A stretch of 64,000 nucleotides of DNA, from assembly GCA_964607375.1 (NCBI GenBank), contig CAZSJY010000001.1:766-64765 (forward strand), in the 5' to 3' direction. Below are positions 49,701-61,542 of this stretch, in pieces. The notes beneath the pieces were generated by a model. It did not search any database, was not told the origin of the DNA, and saw nothing but the letters and a program-made list of their open reading frames with translations. How positions within the stretch are numbered: position 1 is the stretch's first letter; each line of letters starts with the position of its first letter. The translations under genes and the position numbers were made by a program. This DNA is from an uncultured bacterium (GTDB lineage Bacteria > Fidelibacterota > Marinisomatia > SCGC-AAA003-L08 > JACNLC01).

Positions 49701-49739
49701 ATCTTAGATAAATTACTTGCCCTAAAACAGGGTATATAA
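46710..49739 (+). CDS. mfd: Transcription-repair coupling factor
   Basis: Helicase motifs GDVGFGKTE, DEEHRFGV, QLYQIRGRVGRS. RNAP-interaction-type GDFVVHQHHGIG. TTG start abuts the mnmG stop, so the exact start is uncertain. Confidence 0.9.
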   Translation: MFHVKQSFLKENKHLVSLLQKASLGDLSLRLDNFHAGFLLSVLDLVSSPVVVFAETDLLFYVRDRLCLSWKRNGGLFLPPTLHRDGGSLSGFFSQDEKTMASSLALIRSFPKDLRILLTTSSVYDLPLIAPPSSEPFLVKKHTSFDEFISWIRKAGYERVGVVTLENTFATRGGIVDVFPCGASLPVRLNFLDDEISMHFFDIDSQITASPVHEFSIPSLRQASALFSVSKFLSNNLLKVTVLNKRSVLIGDTNKARFSYSFPYKKVSHNNFFNIKKNDPKVSYYKSSSLCSVGISDGHSYIIPGWFVDTPFVKKPQLNQNFSFLKLDTIEWGDFVVHQHHGIGRCVGVYETEISGTRQEFLEIEFDDFAKISVSVDRLDLLSFYASSDEMGVGLDSLARPGLWKKRRLQAKKSAEDFVEDVLNSYASRSVATKTPFSGDKELEGLFIKDFPFIETSDQKRTWKEISDDLACATPMNRLLCGDVGFGKTELALRSAFRVVCSGKQVLVLAPTTVLASQLYASFRSRFDAFSVSVGLVSRFKASSVRRKIMSDFSNNNIDVLIGTHSLLYGDISFNNTGLLVIDEEHRFGVKQKDKIPTLLPAVDILSMSATPIPRTMHLAISGIRNISTLSSPPLARKPISTTVAYYDKLLIQKAIKYETVRGGQVFFVHNNVASIDFETQRLCKLFPNLAITSAHGQESSAKLEKTMGQFFGGEVDVLVCSSIIESGLDVPNANTIIINRAHLLGLSQLYQIRGRVGRSSRQAYAYLLVPPSLRLNNKAFKRLKAIEQNTSLGSGYDVSMMDLEIRGAGSLFGYKQSGGVARVGAELYSRFVKEALNRSSMHYNGTVSLTVDDINVSLFLDNTIPVEYIRIDNLRLSFYRKLAVAENQADLNLIEFELENRFGKIPDSVKNLLFSSRVKVVFLETGVSGAFLKNSDLHIVFEKDKIRFDFEFCVTKMNLLFEELGQKHWFKRIGNQQINLVVADILRKDISTIMSYILDKLLALKQGI

Positions 49740-49751
49740 TATGGAGATAAA

Positions 49752-51452
49752 ATGAAATTTTACATGAAGTTGTTGTTTGTTCTAGCTTTTTCTTTTGTTT
49801 ATACGCAAGATATAGCTGTTAGGGTTGCTGGTGAAAATTATTCATATTCTGATTTTTTCTTAGATTTTCAAAAACCTTTATGGGTGTCCTCGGATAGCGT
49901 TAAAAGAACACAAATGGTTGATGAGTTTGTTGCCACTAGAATTTTTTCTAAAGAAGCTATGAACATTGGATTAGAGAATAATCCTAGTGTTCGTCGTGAT
50001 ATTTTAAGCAAAAAATACAAGTTAATTTTAGACGAATCATACGAAGAAATTGCTATTCTTCCTCTGGTTCCTGAAGATTTGTTTGTTTCTGCCAAGAAAC
50101 ACTTAAAAAAGGAGCGTTTAGTTAAGCACATACTTTTTGGTTTTTCTGGTTGTCAGCTTCCTGGTAACTTTTCTCGTTCAAAAGATGAGGCGATAGAAAG
50201 GGCATTTCACATTAAACGGTTGTTTTCAGAAGGCAAAAACATCGATTCTTTGGTCTTAGAATACTCAGATGACCCAGGGGCGAAAAACGGAAAACTCGAG
50301 CTTGGTTGGTTTACTTGGGGCAAGTTTAAGGAGCCTTTTCTTGGTGCAGTTTTCGATACAGACATTCACTTTATGTCTGATCCAGTTTTAACAAGTTTTG
50401 GTTATCATCTTGTTTATATTGAAGATGAACGACCATCAATTTATTCTCAGTTGGGTTCTGTTTACGGAAATAGAGCTTCTCAAATGTTATGTAAGAAGTT
50501 TGTTGCTGATGACATTCCCTTCGCAATAGAACAATATGAGTCGGGTCTTTTTTCCAAAAACCGTGTCGTTTTTAGCCCTAATACAATATCATCTATATTT
50601 AACGAAATAGTAAGGCAGAAAAAGGTTGGAAGTATTTCTGGTAGAACACAACTTGCAACTGCCCTAAATGAGATTGGCGGATTTCCTGTTATTTGTACCA
50701 TAAACGAAATGGGATATGGGCCTAAGTGGTTTGCTGAATGGCTTGTTCGTTTTCCCTACAGCCAGCGACCCGGCATTTCTTCTCCTGAAGACCTTGCTGT
50801 TTTGCTAAAAACTGTCGTTCTTCAGCGCTTGGCTGTGCAGTCTGGTTTAGATGGTGGTTTGTTTAACAAGCCTTTTGTTCTTAATGAATATAAAAAATAT
50901 GTTGAAAAAACTCTTTCTGAATCATATGTTGATTATTTAGAATCCTCTATTGTTTATCCTGATAGTGCTATGGTAAAAGCTTACTATAACGATAACAAAG
51001 AGGTGCTCTACAAAAAGGGTGAACAGGTCGTAATTCGAGAGTTGCGAGTAAAATCTAGTGTTGTTGCTGATAGTTTATATTCTTTGTTGTTGTCTGGACA
51101 AGATTTTGTTTCTCTTGCAAAAAATAATAGTTTAACAAACCCCGAAGAGGGCGGAAAAGTTGGTCCTTTCCCTGAGGGTCGTTACAACAAGGTTGGAAGA
51201 ATGGCTTTTAGTTTAGGGTTAAACGAGTTTTGCGAACCTTTTCAAAACTTAAACAGAACATGGTCAATTGTTATGCCTGTTGAACATTTTTCTAATCAAT
51301 TTGATTCTTTATCTTCAGTATATGGACAAATCAGCTTAGAAATTCGTGACAACAACAGAGAAAAGATTGTCGACGATGCTTTTGGTCGTCTGAAAGAGAG
51401 GTTCGAAGTCTCTGTTAACAGTTCCTTTTTAGAAATGGAGGAAGATAAATGA
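49752..51452 (+). CDS. Periplasmic parvulin-type peptidyl-prolyl isomerase (PpiD/SurA-like)
   Basis: Signal peptide. Parvulin core VKHILF...GKLELGWFTWGKFKEPFLGAVF...FGYHLVYIED. A second degenerate parvulin-like region. Confidence 0.75.
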   Translation: MKFYMKLLFVLAFSFVYTQDIAVRVAGENYSYSDFFLDFQKPLWVSSDSVKRTQMVDEFVATRIFSKEAMNIGLENNPSVRRDILSKKYKLILDESYEEIAILPLVPEDLFVSAKKHLKKERLVKHILFGFSGCQLPGNFSRSKDEAIERAFHIKRLFSEGKNIDSLVLEYSDDPGAKNGKLELGWFTWGKFKEPFLGAVFDTDIHFMSDPVLTSFGYHLVYIEDERPSIYSQLGSVYGNRASQMLCKKFVADDIPFAIEQYESGLFSKNRVVFSPNTISSIFNEIVRQKKVGSISGRTQLATALNEIGGFPVICTINEMGYGPKWFAEWLVRFPYSQRPGISSPEDLAVLLKTVVLQRLAVQSGLDGGLFNKPFVLNEYKKYVEKTLSESYVDYLESSIVYPDSAMVKAYYNDNKEVLYKKGEQVVIRELRVKSSVVADSLYSLLLSGQDFVSLAKNNSLTNPEEGGKVGPFPEGRYNKVGRMAFSLGLNEFCEPFQNLNRTWSIVMPVEHFSNQFDSLSSVYGQISLEIRDNNREKIVDDAFGRLKERFEVSVNSSFLEMEEDK

Positions 51453-52714
51453 TGTATCGTTTTTTTTGTTTCCTTCTTTTTTGGTCTACTCTATTTCTTC
51501 AAGATAGTATTGATGGTGTTGTGGCTGTTGTTGGTGAACAGTCAATTTTAAGAAGTACCGTAATACAAAACGCCAAGATGCTTGCTTTGCAGTCTGGTGT
51601 AGATTTTGCGCACAACCCTGAAGAGTTTAGTTTTGTTTTAGATCAGTCTTTAGAGGTTCTAATAAATCAAAATGTTGTTTTTTGTGAAGCTGAAAAAGAT
51701 ACCTTAATTGTTATATCTGAAAGTGAGGTATCGTCTGCCCTAGACCGTTATGTAGAAGGATTGGTTTCTGAGCTTGGTTCAGAAGAGCGGCTTGAAGCTG
51801 AGGTTGGAAAATCACTTAGACAATTCCGAAACGAAACGAGAGAGGATATTTACAAAAACCTTTTGTTCGAAAAATACCAACAAAATTTTGTGCAAAATAT
51901 TGGTGTTACTAGGTCGGAGGTAGAAAATTTCTATATTGATTTTCAAGACTCTATTCCCCCAAACCCCTCCTCTACCAACTACAGTTTAATAGAGATTCCT
52001 GTTGAGCCTGGTGTTAAGGCTAAAAACTCAACAATTAGCTTTCTATCAGATCTTGTTGACAGTTTGCGTAGTGGTGCTAATTTCGCTGACTTTGCAAGAT
52101 TGTATTCAGACGATCTAGGTTCAGCTCAGTCTGGTGGGGAGCTTGGTTATATAAGGCGAGGACTTTTAGTTAAAGAGTTTGAAGAGGTAGCTTTTGGTTT
52201 GGGAATAGACGAAATAAGCGAGCCTTTTAAGTCTCCTTTTGGTTATCATATAGTGCAATTAATAGAACGACATGGAGAAAAAATAAATGTTAGGCACATT
52301 CTTCGAAACATTAGACCCACAGAAGAAGATCGACAAATAGCTCTTGATGAAATTCGTAAAATCTATCATTTTATTAAAGAAAAACCTTCTTCTTTTGATT
52401 CTCTAGCTACTCTTTATTCATTAAAATATGAGAATCTTTCAAGAATATATGGGTGGACTATAGATAACAATATCCATCCTGTAGTTTTGGATAACCTGCA
52501 TGTTTTGTCTCCTAGTACATTGTCTTATCCTTTTGAGTTGGATAATGGTAGTTTTGTTTTGGCTTATGTTTATGACAGAAAAAAGAGCTCTAAGCCTACA
52601 TTAGAAAATTCTTGGGGGTTTATAGAAAATTTGACGTTGCAGCACAAGATTCAAAGTTCATTTAATGATAAAATAAACGAGCTGAAATTGGGGATTTACA
52701 TAAAAGTTTTTTAA
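51449..52714 (+). CDS. SurA-like periplasmic chaperone / parvulin PPIase
   Basis: Signal peptide, SurA_N-like helical region, parvulin core GGELGYIRRGLLVKEFEEVAFGL...SPFGYHIVQLIERHG. Confidence 0.75.
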   Translation: MMYRFFCFLLFWSTLFLQDSIDGVVAVVGEQSILRSTVIQNAKMLALQSGVDFAHNPEEFSFVLDQSLEVLINQNVVFCEAEKDTLIVISESEVSSALDRYVEGLVSELGSEERLEAEVGKSLRQFRNETREDIYKNLLFEKYQQNFVQNIGVTRSEVENFYIDFQDSIPPNPSSTNYSLIEIPVEPGVKAKNSTISFLSDLVDSLRSGANFADFARLYSDDLGSAQSGGELGYIRRGLLVKEFEEVAFGLGIDEISEPFKSPFGYHIVQLIERHGEKINVRHILRNIRPTEEDRQIALDEIRKIYHFIKEKPSSFDSLATLYSLKYENLSRIYGWTIDNNIHPVVLDNLHVLSPSTLSYPFELDNGSFVLAYVYDRKKSSKPTLENSWGFIENLTLQHKIQSSFNDKINELKLGIYIKVF

Positions 52715-53006
52715 CAATGTAAAGTTGTTGAGGGTTTCTGGTGTTTTATGAGGTTTTTTGATTACTTTGTCCACATAAACAATTGGTTTAAATCTTTTTC
52801 CTAATTCTATGATTTTATATGTTTTTGTTGAGAGATGAGAATGGCTTACCAACACTGTTCTACTTGTAAAATAAAAATAGATTATCTTGTTAAATTATAT
52901 TTAATTATTATGTAACTATAATCGCTACTTTTTCGTAATTTACTTGGTTGTTATTTTGTACAAATTGAATTATTTTTAAACACAGCTTTATTCAGGGACA
53001 GTAAAA
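52715..53006. other. 292-bp AT-rich non-coding spacer upstream of dnaN where strand composition switches (candidate oriC, terminus or rearrangement junction)
   Basis: No credible ORF. One DnaA-box-like 9-mer TTGTCCACA (52767-52775). Very AT-rich tract 52861-52990 with two CTTGTWAAAT copies (52863, 52886). The codon third-position bias of the flanking genes flips here. Confidence 0.3.
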
Positions 53007-54122
53007 ATGAAATTTTCGATAAAAAAATATATACTTCAAAGTTCACTCCAAAAATCAAACAAGGTTATTCCAGCACGCTCAACATTGCCAATTTTAAGTT
53101 GCGTGCTTTTTGAAACAGACAACGATTCATTAACCTTAAGAGCAACAGATCTCGAAATAACCCTAATACAACAATTACAAACAGAAAACGCTAAAAAAGG
53201 GAAAATTGCAATTCCAATAAAAGCTATCTTAGAAATAACAAATGAAATGCCAGATGGAATAATAGATTTTGAAATTAGCGACATAGGGAAAGTTAAGATA
53301 ATTAGTGAATACGGAAAATATACGATAATGGGAAAACCAGCCGATGAGTTTCCAAGTATACCGCCAACAGAAAAACCAAACGAGACAACCATTCAGGCAA
53401 AAGAACTTTCTGACATAATTGATAACACCTTATATGCTGTTAGTAAAGATGAAATGAAACCTGCGCTTCAAGGAGTTTTGTTTCAAATAGAAGAAAACTC
53501 AGTGGGGGCAGTTGCAACAGACGGCCACAGACTAGTAAAAATCTTAAAAAACAATACAAAAGTAAAAGGGCAAGCTGGGACAGTTATTATTCCTGCTAAG
53601 TTTTTATCTGTTATTTATCCGCAATTGGATAACGAAAAAGAAGTTACACTTATTGTCGGTGAAAACAATATACAAATATCTTTAAATGGTACAACCGTTA
53701 CTTCAAGAATTATAAAAGAACGTTTTCCTGATTACGAAAGCGTTATTCCAAAGGAAAATGAAAAGAAGATTATCGTAAACAAAGAAGATTTACTACATTC
53801 TGTAAAAAGAGTGTCTATTTTTTCAAACAGATCAACAAAGCAAATTACGTTAAATGTAGAAAAAAATAAAATTCTCGTAACAACTGAAGATCCAGAAAAC
53901 ATAACAACAGGAAACGAAGTAATACCATGTACTTATGAAAGCGAAAAGATAAGCATAGGATATAATGCACAATATCTGAAAGAGGTGTTAAATCACCAAA
54001 AAAGCGAGGAACTACAAATTAAACTAAAATCTTCAGTGACTGCAGGGATTATACTTCCCTTAGAAAACACAAAGAACGAAGAGCTAACAACCCTGTTGAT
54101 GCCTATTCGTTTAATAGATTAA
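53007..54122 (+). CDS. dnaN: DNA polymerase III subunit beta
   Basis: Typical three-domain clamp length (371 aa). LPILSCVLFE, ATDGHRL, MPIRL C-terminus. dnaN-recF-gyrB synteny. Confidence 0.9.
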   Translation: MKFSIKKYILQSSLQKSNKVIPARSTLPILSCVLFETDNDSLTLRATDLEITLIQQLQTENAKKGKIAIPIKAILEITNEMPDGIIDFEISDIGKVKIISEYGKYTIMGKPADEFPSIPPTEKPNETTIQAKELSDIIDNTLYAVSKDEMKPALQGVLFQIEENSVGAVATDGHRLVKILKNNTKVKGQAGTVIIPAKFLSVIYPQLDNEKEVTLIVGENNIQISLNGTTVTSRIIKERFPDYESVIPKENEKKIIVNKEDLLHSVKRVSIFSNRSTKQITLNVEKNKILVTTEDPENITTGNEVIPCTYESEKISIGYNAQYLKEVLNHQKSEELQIKLKSSVTAGIILPLENTKNEELTTLLMPIRLID

Positions 54123-54134
54123 ACCACCAAGGAA

Positions 54135-55201
54135 ATGCATATTGTTAGTTTAAGTTTGTCAAATATGAGGAATTTTGACAAACTTGTTTGTGAATTTACG
54201 AAAAATGTAAATCTAATTTTTGGAGCGAACGGTAAAGGAAAAACAACTATTTTAGAAGCAATACATATACTATCATTATCGAAGAGCTTCCGCCCAGGGC
54301 TAAAACAAAATATAATAAAGCATGGAGAAAACAAGTTTTCGTTAAGTTCCGAAATCATACACAAAGAAAAAAACAAAACTAATATTTCGTACAGTATCTA
54401 TAAAGATCAAAGAAGAATTAAAATAAACAAAAAACAGATAAATAAACTTTCCGATTTAGTTGGAATTTTTCCAGTTGTAATAATGTCACCAGAAGACTCT
54501 GACATTATTTCTGGACCACCACAAGCAGGACGAAACTACATAAATAAGTTATTTTCTGTTGTCGATAAACACTATTTACTCACACTTCAAAACTATAAAA
54601 AAGCACTAAAACAAAAGAGGGAAGCGCTTTTTATGAATGAAGATAGCCATATAGAAGCCTGGAATCACCAGATGGCAGTTTATGGCACAAAAATATGGAA
54701 AAAACGAAAAGACTTTCTTCAAATATTTCAAGAGATATTCAAAAAAGTTTGGAGCGAGCTTGAGCCGGAAACCACAGCAGAGATAAAAATAAAATCTCCA
54801 TTAATTTTAGAAGAAAAGGCATTTTTGCAAAACATAAAGAAAACATCCCAAAAAGAAAAAGACAGCAAAAGAGCACTTTTCGGACCACACATCGACAGAC
54901 TACTGTTTGTTTATAAAAACAGCTCCATAAAAGACTTTGGTTCACACGGAGAAAAGAAAATCTACCTATCAGCACTAAAACTAGCCGAGGCTCAGTTTAT
55001 AGAAAAACAAACCAAAAAATCTCCAGTAGTTTTAATGGACGACCTATTTGCAAAGTTAGACAAAAAACGAAGTTTAGCGACCTTAAAAATGGCATCAAAA
55101 AACAACCAAGTTTTTATAACTACGACAGACAGTCAGGCAGGAAAGCTAATCGCTTCAGAAAACAAAAACATAAAATATTATCACCTTGATGGGAAACTTA
55201 A

Positions 55202-55217
<16 letters not shown>
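54135..55217 (+). CDS. recF: DNA replication and repair protein RecF
   Basis: Walker A GANGKGKTTILEAI, signature SHGEKK..., Walker B VVLMDD. Confidence 0.9.
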
Positions 55218-57441
<2,224 letters not shown>

Positions 57442-57456
57442 TTAAAAGGAATTGAA

Positions 57457-59958
57457 ATGGTAGATATCGTTGGAGGAATAACACAGGATCGCGACATTGT
57501 CGAGGAAATGCATGAGTCGTATCTAAATTACTCAATGTCAGTAATTGTAAGCCGTGCTTTACCCGATGTAAGAGACGGACTAAAACCAGTACATCGCAGA
57601 GTTTTATTTGGGACATCTGAGCTTGGTGCGAACTGGAATAGAAGATATAAAAAATGTGCAAGAATTGTCGGAGAAGTGTTGGGTAAATATCACCCTCATG
57701 GAGATTCTTCTGTATATGACGCTCTCGCCAGAATGGCTCAACCATGGTCTTTACGCTACCCACTTATGGATGGACAGGGTAACTTCGGGTCTATCGACGG
57801 AGATAAAGCTGCAGCAATGCGTTATACAGAAGCACGAATGGCTAAAGTATCTTCAGAAATGATGAAAGACCTAGAAAAAGAAACCGTAAACTGGAACCCG
57901 AACTTTGACGACACCCTAAAAGAACCCACAGTTCTTCCATCAATGATACCAAACCTTTTAATGAATGGTGCAGACGGGATCGCAGTAGGCATGGCAACAA
58001 AAATACCGCCACATAATCTAAAAGAATTGTTATCGGGGCTCATTGCTCTCATTGAAGACCAAACCACTACAGTCGAAGATTTAATTGAATTCCACATAAA
58101 AGGACCAGACTTTCCAACTGGTGGAATAATTCTTGGCACAGATGGAATAAAGGATGCCTATACCAAGGGTCGTGGCAAAATAGTAATGCGCGCAAGGGCG
58201 CGGATTGAGGAAAGCCAAAGAGGAAGAGAAAGTATTATTATCAACGAACTTCCTTATCAAGTAAACAAAGCAAATCTAATAGAAAAAATTGCAGATACTG
58301 CTCGAAACAAAAAGATAGAAGGCATTTCAGATATTAGAGACGAATCCGATAAAGACGGAATTAGAATTGTTATTGATATAAAAAGAGACGCAATAGCAGA
58401 TGTTGTCCTAAATAACTTATTTAAACACACACAGCTTCAAGATTCTTATGGTGTAATAATGTTAGCTTTGGTTGACGGCGTTCCAAAGGTGATGAACTTA
58501 AAAGAAGTTCTTGTTCATTTCTTAAACTTCCGGAGAGATGTTATAATTCGACGAACCAAATTTGAATTAAATGAAGCCGAAGAAAGAGCTCATATATTGG
58601 AAGGTTTAAAAATAGCTCTCGACAACATAGATGAGGTGATAAAAATCATCAAGGCATCGAAAAGTCCAGCCGAAGCTCTGCTAGCACTTATGGAACAGTT
58701 TAATCTTTCAGAAAAACAAACCAAAGCAATTCTGGACATGAGACTCCAAAAACTTACATCTTTAGAAACATATAAAATTGTTATTGAATACAAAGAACTT
58801 CTGAAATTGATTGAAAAACTAAAAACAATTTTAAGTAGCCACGACCTTCAGAGCGCTATAATGAAGGAAGAGCTTGGGGAAATCCTAAAATCCTATGGAG
58901 ATGATAGATTAACGGAAATAGTCGAAGGTTCCGGAGCCTTGAACATTGAAGATATGATAGCTGATGAAGATATGGTAATCACCATTACACATAGTGGTTT
59001 TATTAAAAGATTGCCGTCCTCTAACTGGCGCAGGCAAAGGCGAGGCGGCAGAGGAATGAAGGGTGCACACGCAAAAGAAGACGATTTTGTCGAACATCTA
59101 TTTATTGCATCAACACACAATTATATTTTATTTTTCTCTAATAAAGGAAAATGCTACTGGTTAAAAGTACATGAGATTCCGGTTGCCGGAAGAGCTTCGA
59201 GGGGCAGAGCTGTAGTTAACTTAATTGGTTGTGAGTCAGGAGAAAAAGTAGAAGCATTTGTTTCAGTAAAAGAGTTTAATGAAACAGATTTTATTGTGAT
59301 GGCAACAAAAAAGGGTATAATTAAAAGAACAGCTCTTTTGCAATATAGCCGACCAAGAAAAGGTGGAATCTTCGCAATTGAAATTAGAGATGGAGACGAA
59401 CTTATCGACGCGAAAATTACTGATGGTAGTCAAGATATCATTTTAGGAACAAGTAATGGTAAGTCAATAAGGTTCAATGAAAATGGTGTGCGCCCAACAG
59501 GAAGAAAGACAATGGGGGTGAAAGGAATTACCCTAAGCTCCGAAGAAGACTATGTTGTTGGAATGATTATAGTCAAAAGGGAAGGAACAATTTTAGTTGC
59601 TACAAACAGAGGATATGGCAAACGAACAAACGTTTTGGAATACCGAATTCAAAATAGAAGTGGTAAGGGAGTAATAACAGTAAAAACGACTGAAAAGGTT
59701 GGGAAAATGGTTGCAATGCTAGAGGTGGTAGATACAGACGATCTTATGATTATTACCGACCATGGAATTATGATTCGTCAATCAGTAAAAGATATTAGAA
59801 CAATAGGAAGAAATACTCAAGGTGTCCGCTTGTTAAAACTTGATGAGGGGGCAAGCATTTCTTCAATAACACGGGTAATGGAAAAAAATGAAAACTCAGA
59901 AGACGAAGAAATACAAATAAAACCTCATGAAAACCACAACATTTCGGAAGATGCATGA
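57457..59958 (+). CDS. gyrA: DNA gyrase subunit A
   Basis: [38 protein letters not shown], active-site AAMRYTE, C-terminal beta-pinwheel repeats. Confidence 0.97.
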   Translation: MVDIVGGITQDRDIVEEMHESYLNYSMSVIVSRALPDVRDGLKPVHRRVLFGTSELGANWNRRYKKCARIVGEVLGKYHPHGDSSVYDALARMAQPWSLRYPLMDGQGNFGSIDGDKAAAMRYTEARMAKVSSEMMKDLEKETVNWNPNFDDTLKEPTVLPSMIPNLLMNGADGIAVGMATKIPPHNLKELLSGLIALIEDQTTTVEDLIEFHIKGPDFPTGGIILGTDGIKDAYTKGRGKIVMRARARIEESQRGRESIIINELPYQVNKANLIEKIADTARNKKIEGISDIRDESDKDGIRIVIDIKRDAIADVVLNNLFKHTQLQDSYGVIMLALVDGVPKVMNLKEVLVHFLNFRRDVIIRRTKFELNEAEERAHILEGLKIALDNIDEVIKIIKASKSPAEALLALMEQFNLSEKQTKAILDMRLQKLTSLETYKIVIEYKELLKLIEKLKTILSSHDLQSAIMKEELGEILKSYGDDRLTEIVEGSGALNIEDMIADEDMVITITHSGFIKRLPSSNWRRQRRGGRGMKGAHAKEDDFVEHLFIASTHNYILFFSNKGKCYWLKVHEIPVAGRASRGRAVVNLIGCESGEKVEAFVSVKEFNETDFIVMATKKGIIKRTALLQYSRPRKGGIFAIEIRDGDELIDAKITDGSQDIILGTSNGKSIRFNENGVRPTGRKTMGVKGITLSSEEDYVVGMIIVKREGTILVATNRGYGKRTNVLEYRIQNRSGKGVITVKTTEKVGKMVAMLEVVDTDDLMIITDHGIMIRQSVKDIRTIGRNTQGVRLLKLDEGASISSITRVMEKNENSEDEEIQIKPHENHNISEDA

Positions 59959-60653
59959 TAGGTGGATTGAACCCAAACATTAATGCAGAAATCATATATA
60001 AAAGGATAGCAAAATCCTCTGAAAAGGTAAACAGAAAACCAAATGACATTACTATTGTTGCTGTAACTAAATCTTTTCCAGTTACATCAATGATTTCTGC
60101 TTTTGAAAAGGGGTTTTCAGTTTTAGGAGAAAGCCGAATCCAAGAAACAGAAAAGAAGCTACCACATTATCCTTATAGGGACAAAACAGAACTTCACCTT
60201 ATAGGTCACCTCCAGGGAAATAAGGCGAAAAAAGCCACAACCATTTATGATGTAATTCAATCTGTCGATTCAATTAAACTAGCGCATAGATTAAACTCAA
60301 TCAACGAACAACAAAAAACCAATCAGAGAATATTCTTTCAAATAAATACAGGCAACGATCCAAATAAATTTGGTATAACAAAGGACGCAGCCACAGATCT
60401 TTGCATTCAAGTTAGCGAACTTCCGAACATTGTGCTGGAAGGTTTAATGGTTATCGCACCACTCACTAAAGAAGAGCACATCTTGAGACAAACATTTTCA
60501 GAAACAAGAAAGATTAGAGATGAACTAATATCTCAAGGGGTTAAGAAGTGCAAAAACCTCTCCATGGGAATGTCTGGAGATTTTGAAATTGCAATAGAAG
60601 AAGGAGCAACACACATAAGGCTTGGCACAGCTCTGTTTGGAGAAAGAAAATGA
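59955..60653 (+). CDS. yggS: YggS-family pyridoxal-phosphate-binding (PLP homeostasis) protein
   Basis: [11 protein letters not shown] (PLP Lys), [37 protein letters not shown] overlap with gyrA. Confidence 0.85.
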   Translation: MIGGLNPNINAEIIYKRIAKSSEKVNRKPNDITIVAVTKSFPVTSMISAFEKGFSVLGESRIQETEKKLPHYPYRDKTELHLIGHLQGNKAKKATTIYDVIQSVDSIKLAHRLNSINEQQKTNQRIFFQINTGNDPNKFGITKDAATDLCIQVSELPNIVLEGLMVIAPLTKEEHILRQTFSETRKIRDELISQGVKKCKNLSMGMSGDFEIAIEEGATHIRLGTALFGERK

Positions 60654-61093
60654 ATACTATAATTACACAACAACTATATGATAGGGCAATAGACATAATT
60701 CTTCCAGATGGTTTTATTGTTGATCCGACAAATATCAACAAAGTTATTAACATGCTTAGAACTATAAAAAAACAAAGTAAAACACTTAATGTCTATGACA
60801 TCACCAAGAACATTAAAAGAAAAAGTGGAGAAGTAATACATGTCAACGACCACGTAAACAAAACAGGCTACAACCCACTTATTAAGTATCAGAAAGAACT
60901 AAACATAGATTTTATAGATGTCTCTAAATTATATCAAAAACATAAGGATGGAATTATAACTGTCTGCGTAGGCAATACAGAGGACACAAAAGAAATTAAA
61001 TATCCATCGACCTATTTGTGTAATATTTCCATTTTAGCTAATTCAATTGGAATCAAAAAAATTAATGCAATGCTTATAAATTATACATTATGA
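60650..61093 (+). CDS. Small hypothetical protein with a purine-nucleoside-phosphorylase-like motif
   Basis: 147 aa. VNDHVNKTGYNPL...FIDVSKLY resembles the PNP motif DHINxxGxNPL...FxDMSxxY. The rest of a PNP fold is not evident. Confidence 0.35.
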   Translation: MNTIITQQLYDRAIDIILPDGFIVDPTNINKVINMLRTIKKQSKTLNVYDITKNIKRKSGEVIHVNDHVNKTGYNPLIKYQKELNIDFIDVSKLYQKHKDGIITVCVGNTEDTKEIKYPSTYLCNISILANSIGIKKINAMLINYTL

Positions 61094-61542
61094 AAAAATT
61101 TATTAGTGACTTCATATCTGGATTGATTTTTCCTGCTATAGTGCTTCCTTTTGCAATGTTGGGAATGTTGTGTTCTGAGAACATGTCCTTAATCATTGAT
61201 TATCCGATCTTTATGTTACCATGGGTATGGGGTTTATGGAATGCTATCTTCTCAATATCAAAAAAAATAATTCCTTTTAGTAATGAAAAAAATGCAATAA
61301 CAGTTCATGGAGCAATTCTTGGGCTGCTGTTGTCATTTTTAATTGTTTATTATTATGAAATTACCAAGATTGCAAAAATATTTACAAGCAACACATCGTC
61401 GGAAACCATAAAAATAATTGAAATCTCTACAATAATTTTCATTACATTCTTCTACGCATCTTTGTGGAGGTGGATAGTGAACCCACTTAATACGATTTTT
61501 AGCAAAAAACATCAAAAATACAATGATGAAAATTCTCTGTAG
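61090..61542 (+). CDS. Small integral membrane protein, unknown function
   Basis: 150 aa with about four hydrophobic helices. 4-nt overlap with the upstream ORF. Confidence 0.45.
   Translation: MKKFISDFISGLIFPAIVLPFAMLGMLCSENMSLIIDYPIFMLPWVWGLWNAIFSISKKIIPFSNEKNAITVHGAILGLLLSFLIVYYYEITKIAKIFTSNTSSETIKIIEISTIIFITFFYASLWRWIVNPLNTIFSKKHQKYNDENSL

Noticed and set aside
52891-52918. dif-like sequence: TTATGTAACTA (52908-52918) resembles the XerD arm TTATGTAAACT of Firmicute-type dif sites. A dif site here would fit terminus-type skew polarity.
   Set aside because: The putative XerC arm and central region (TAAATTATATT / TAATTA) do not match the conserved ...CATAA inner palindrome. A partial match is expected by chance in such AT-rich DNA.
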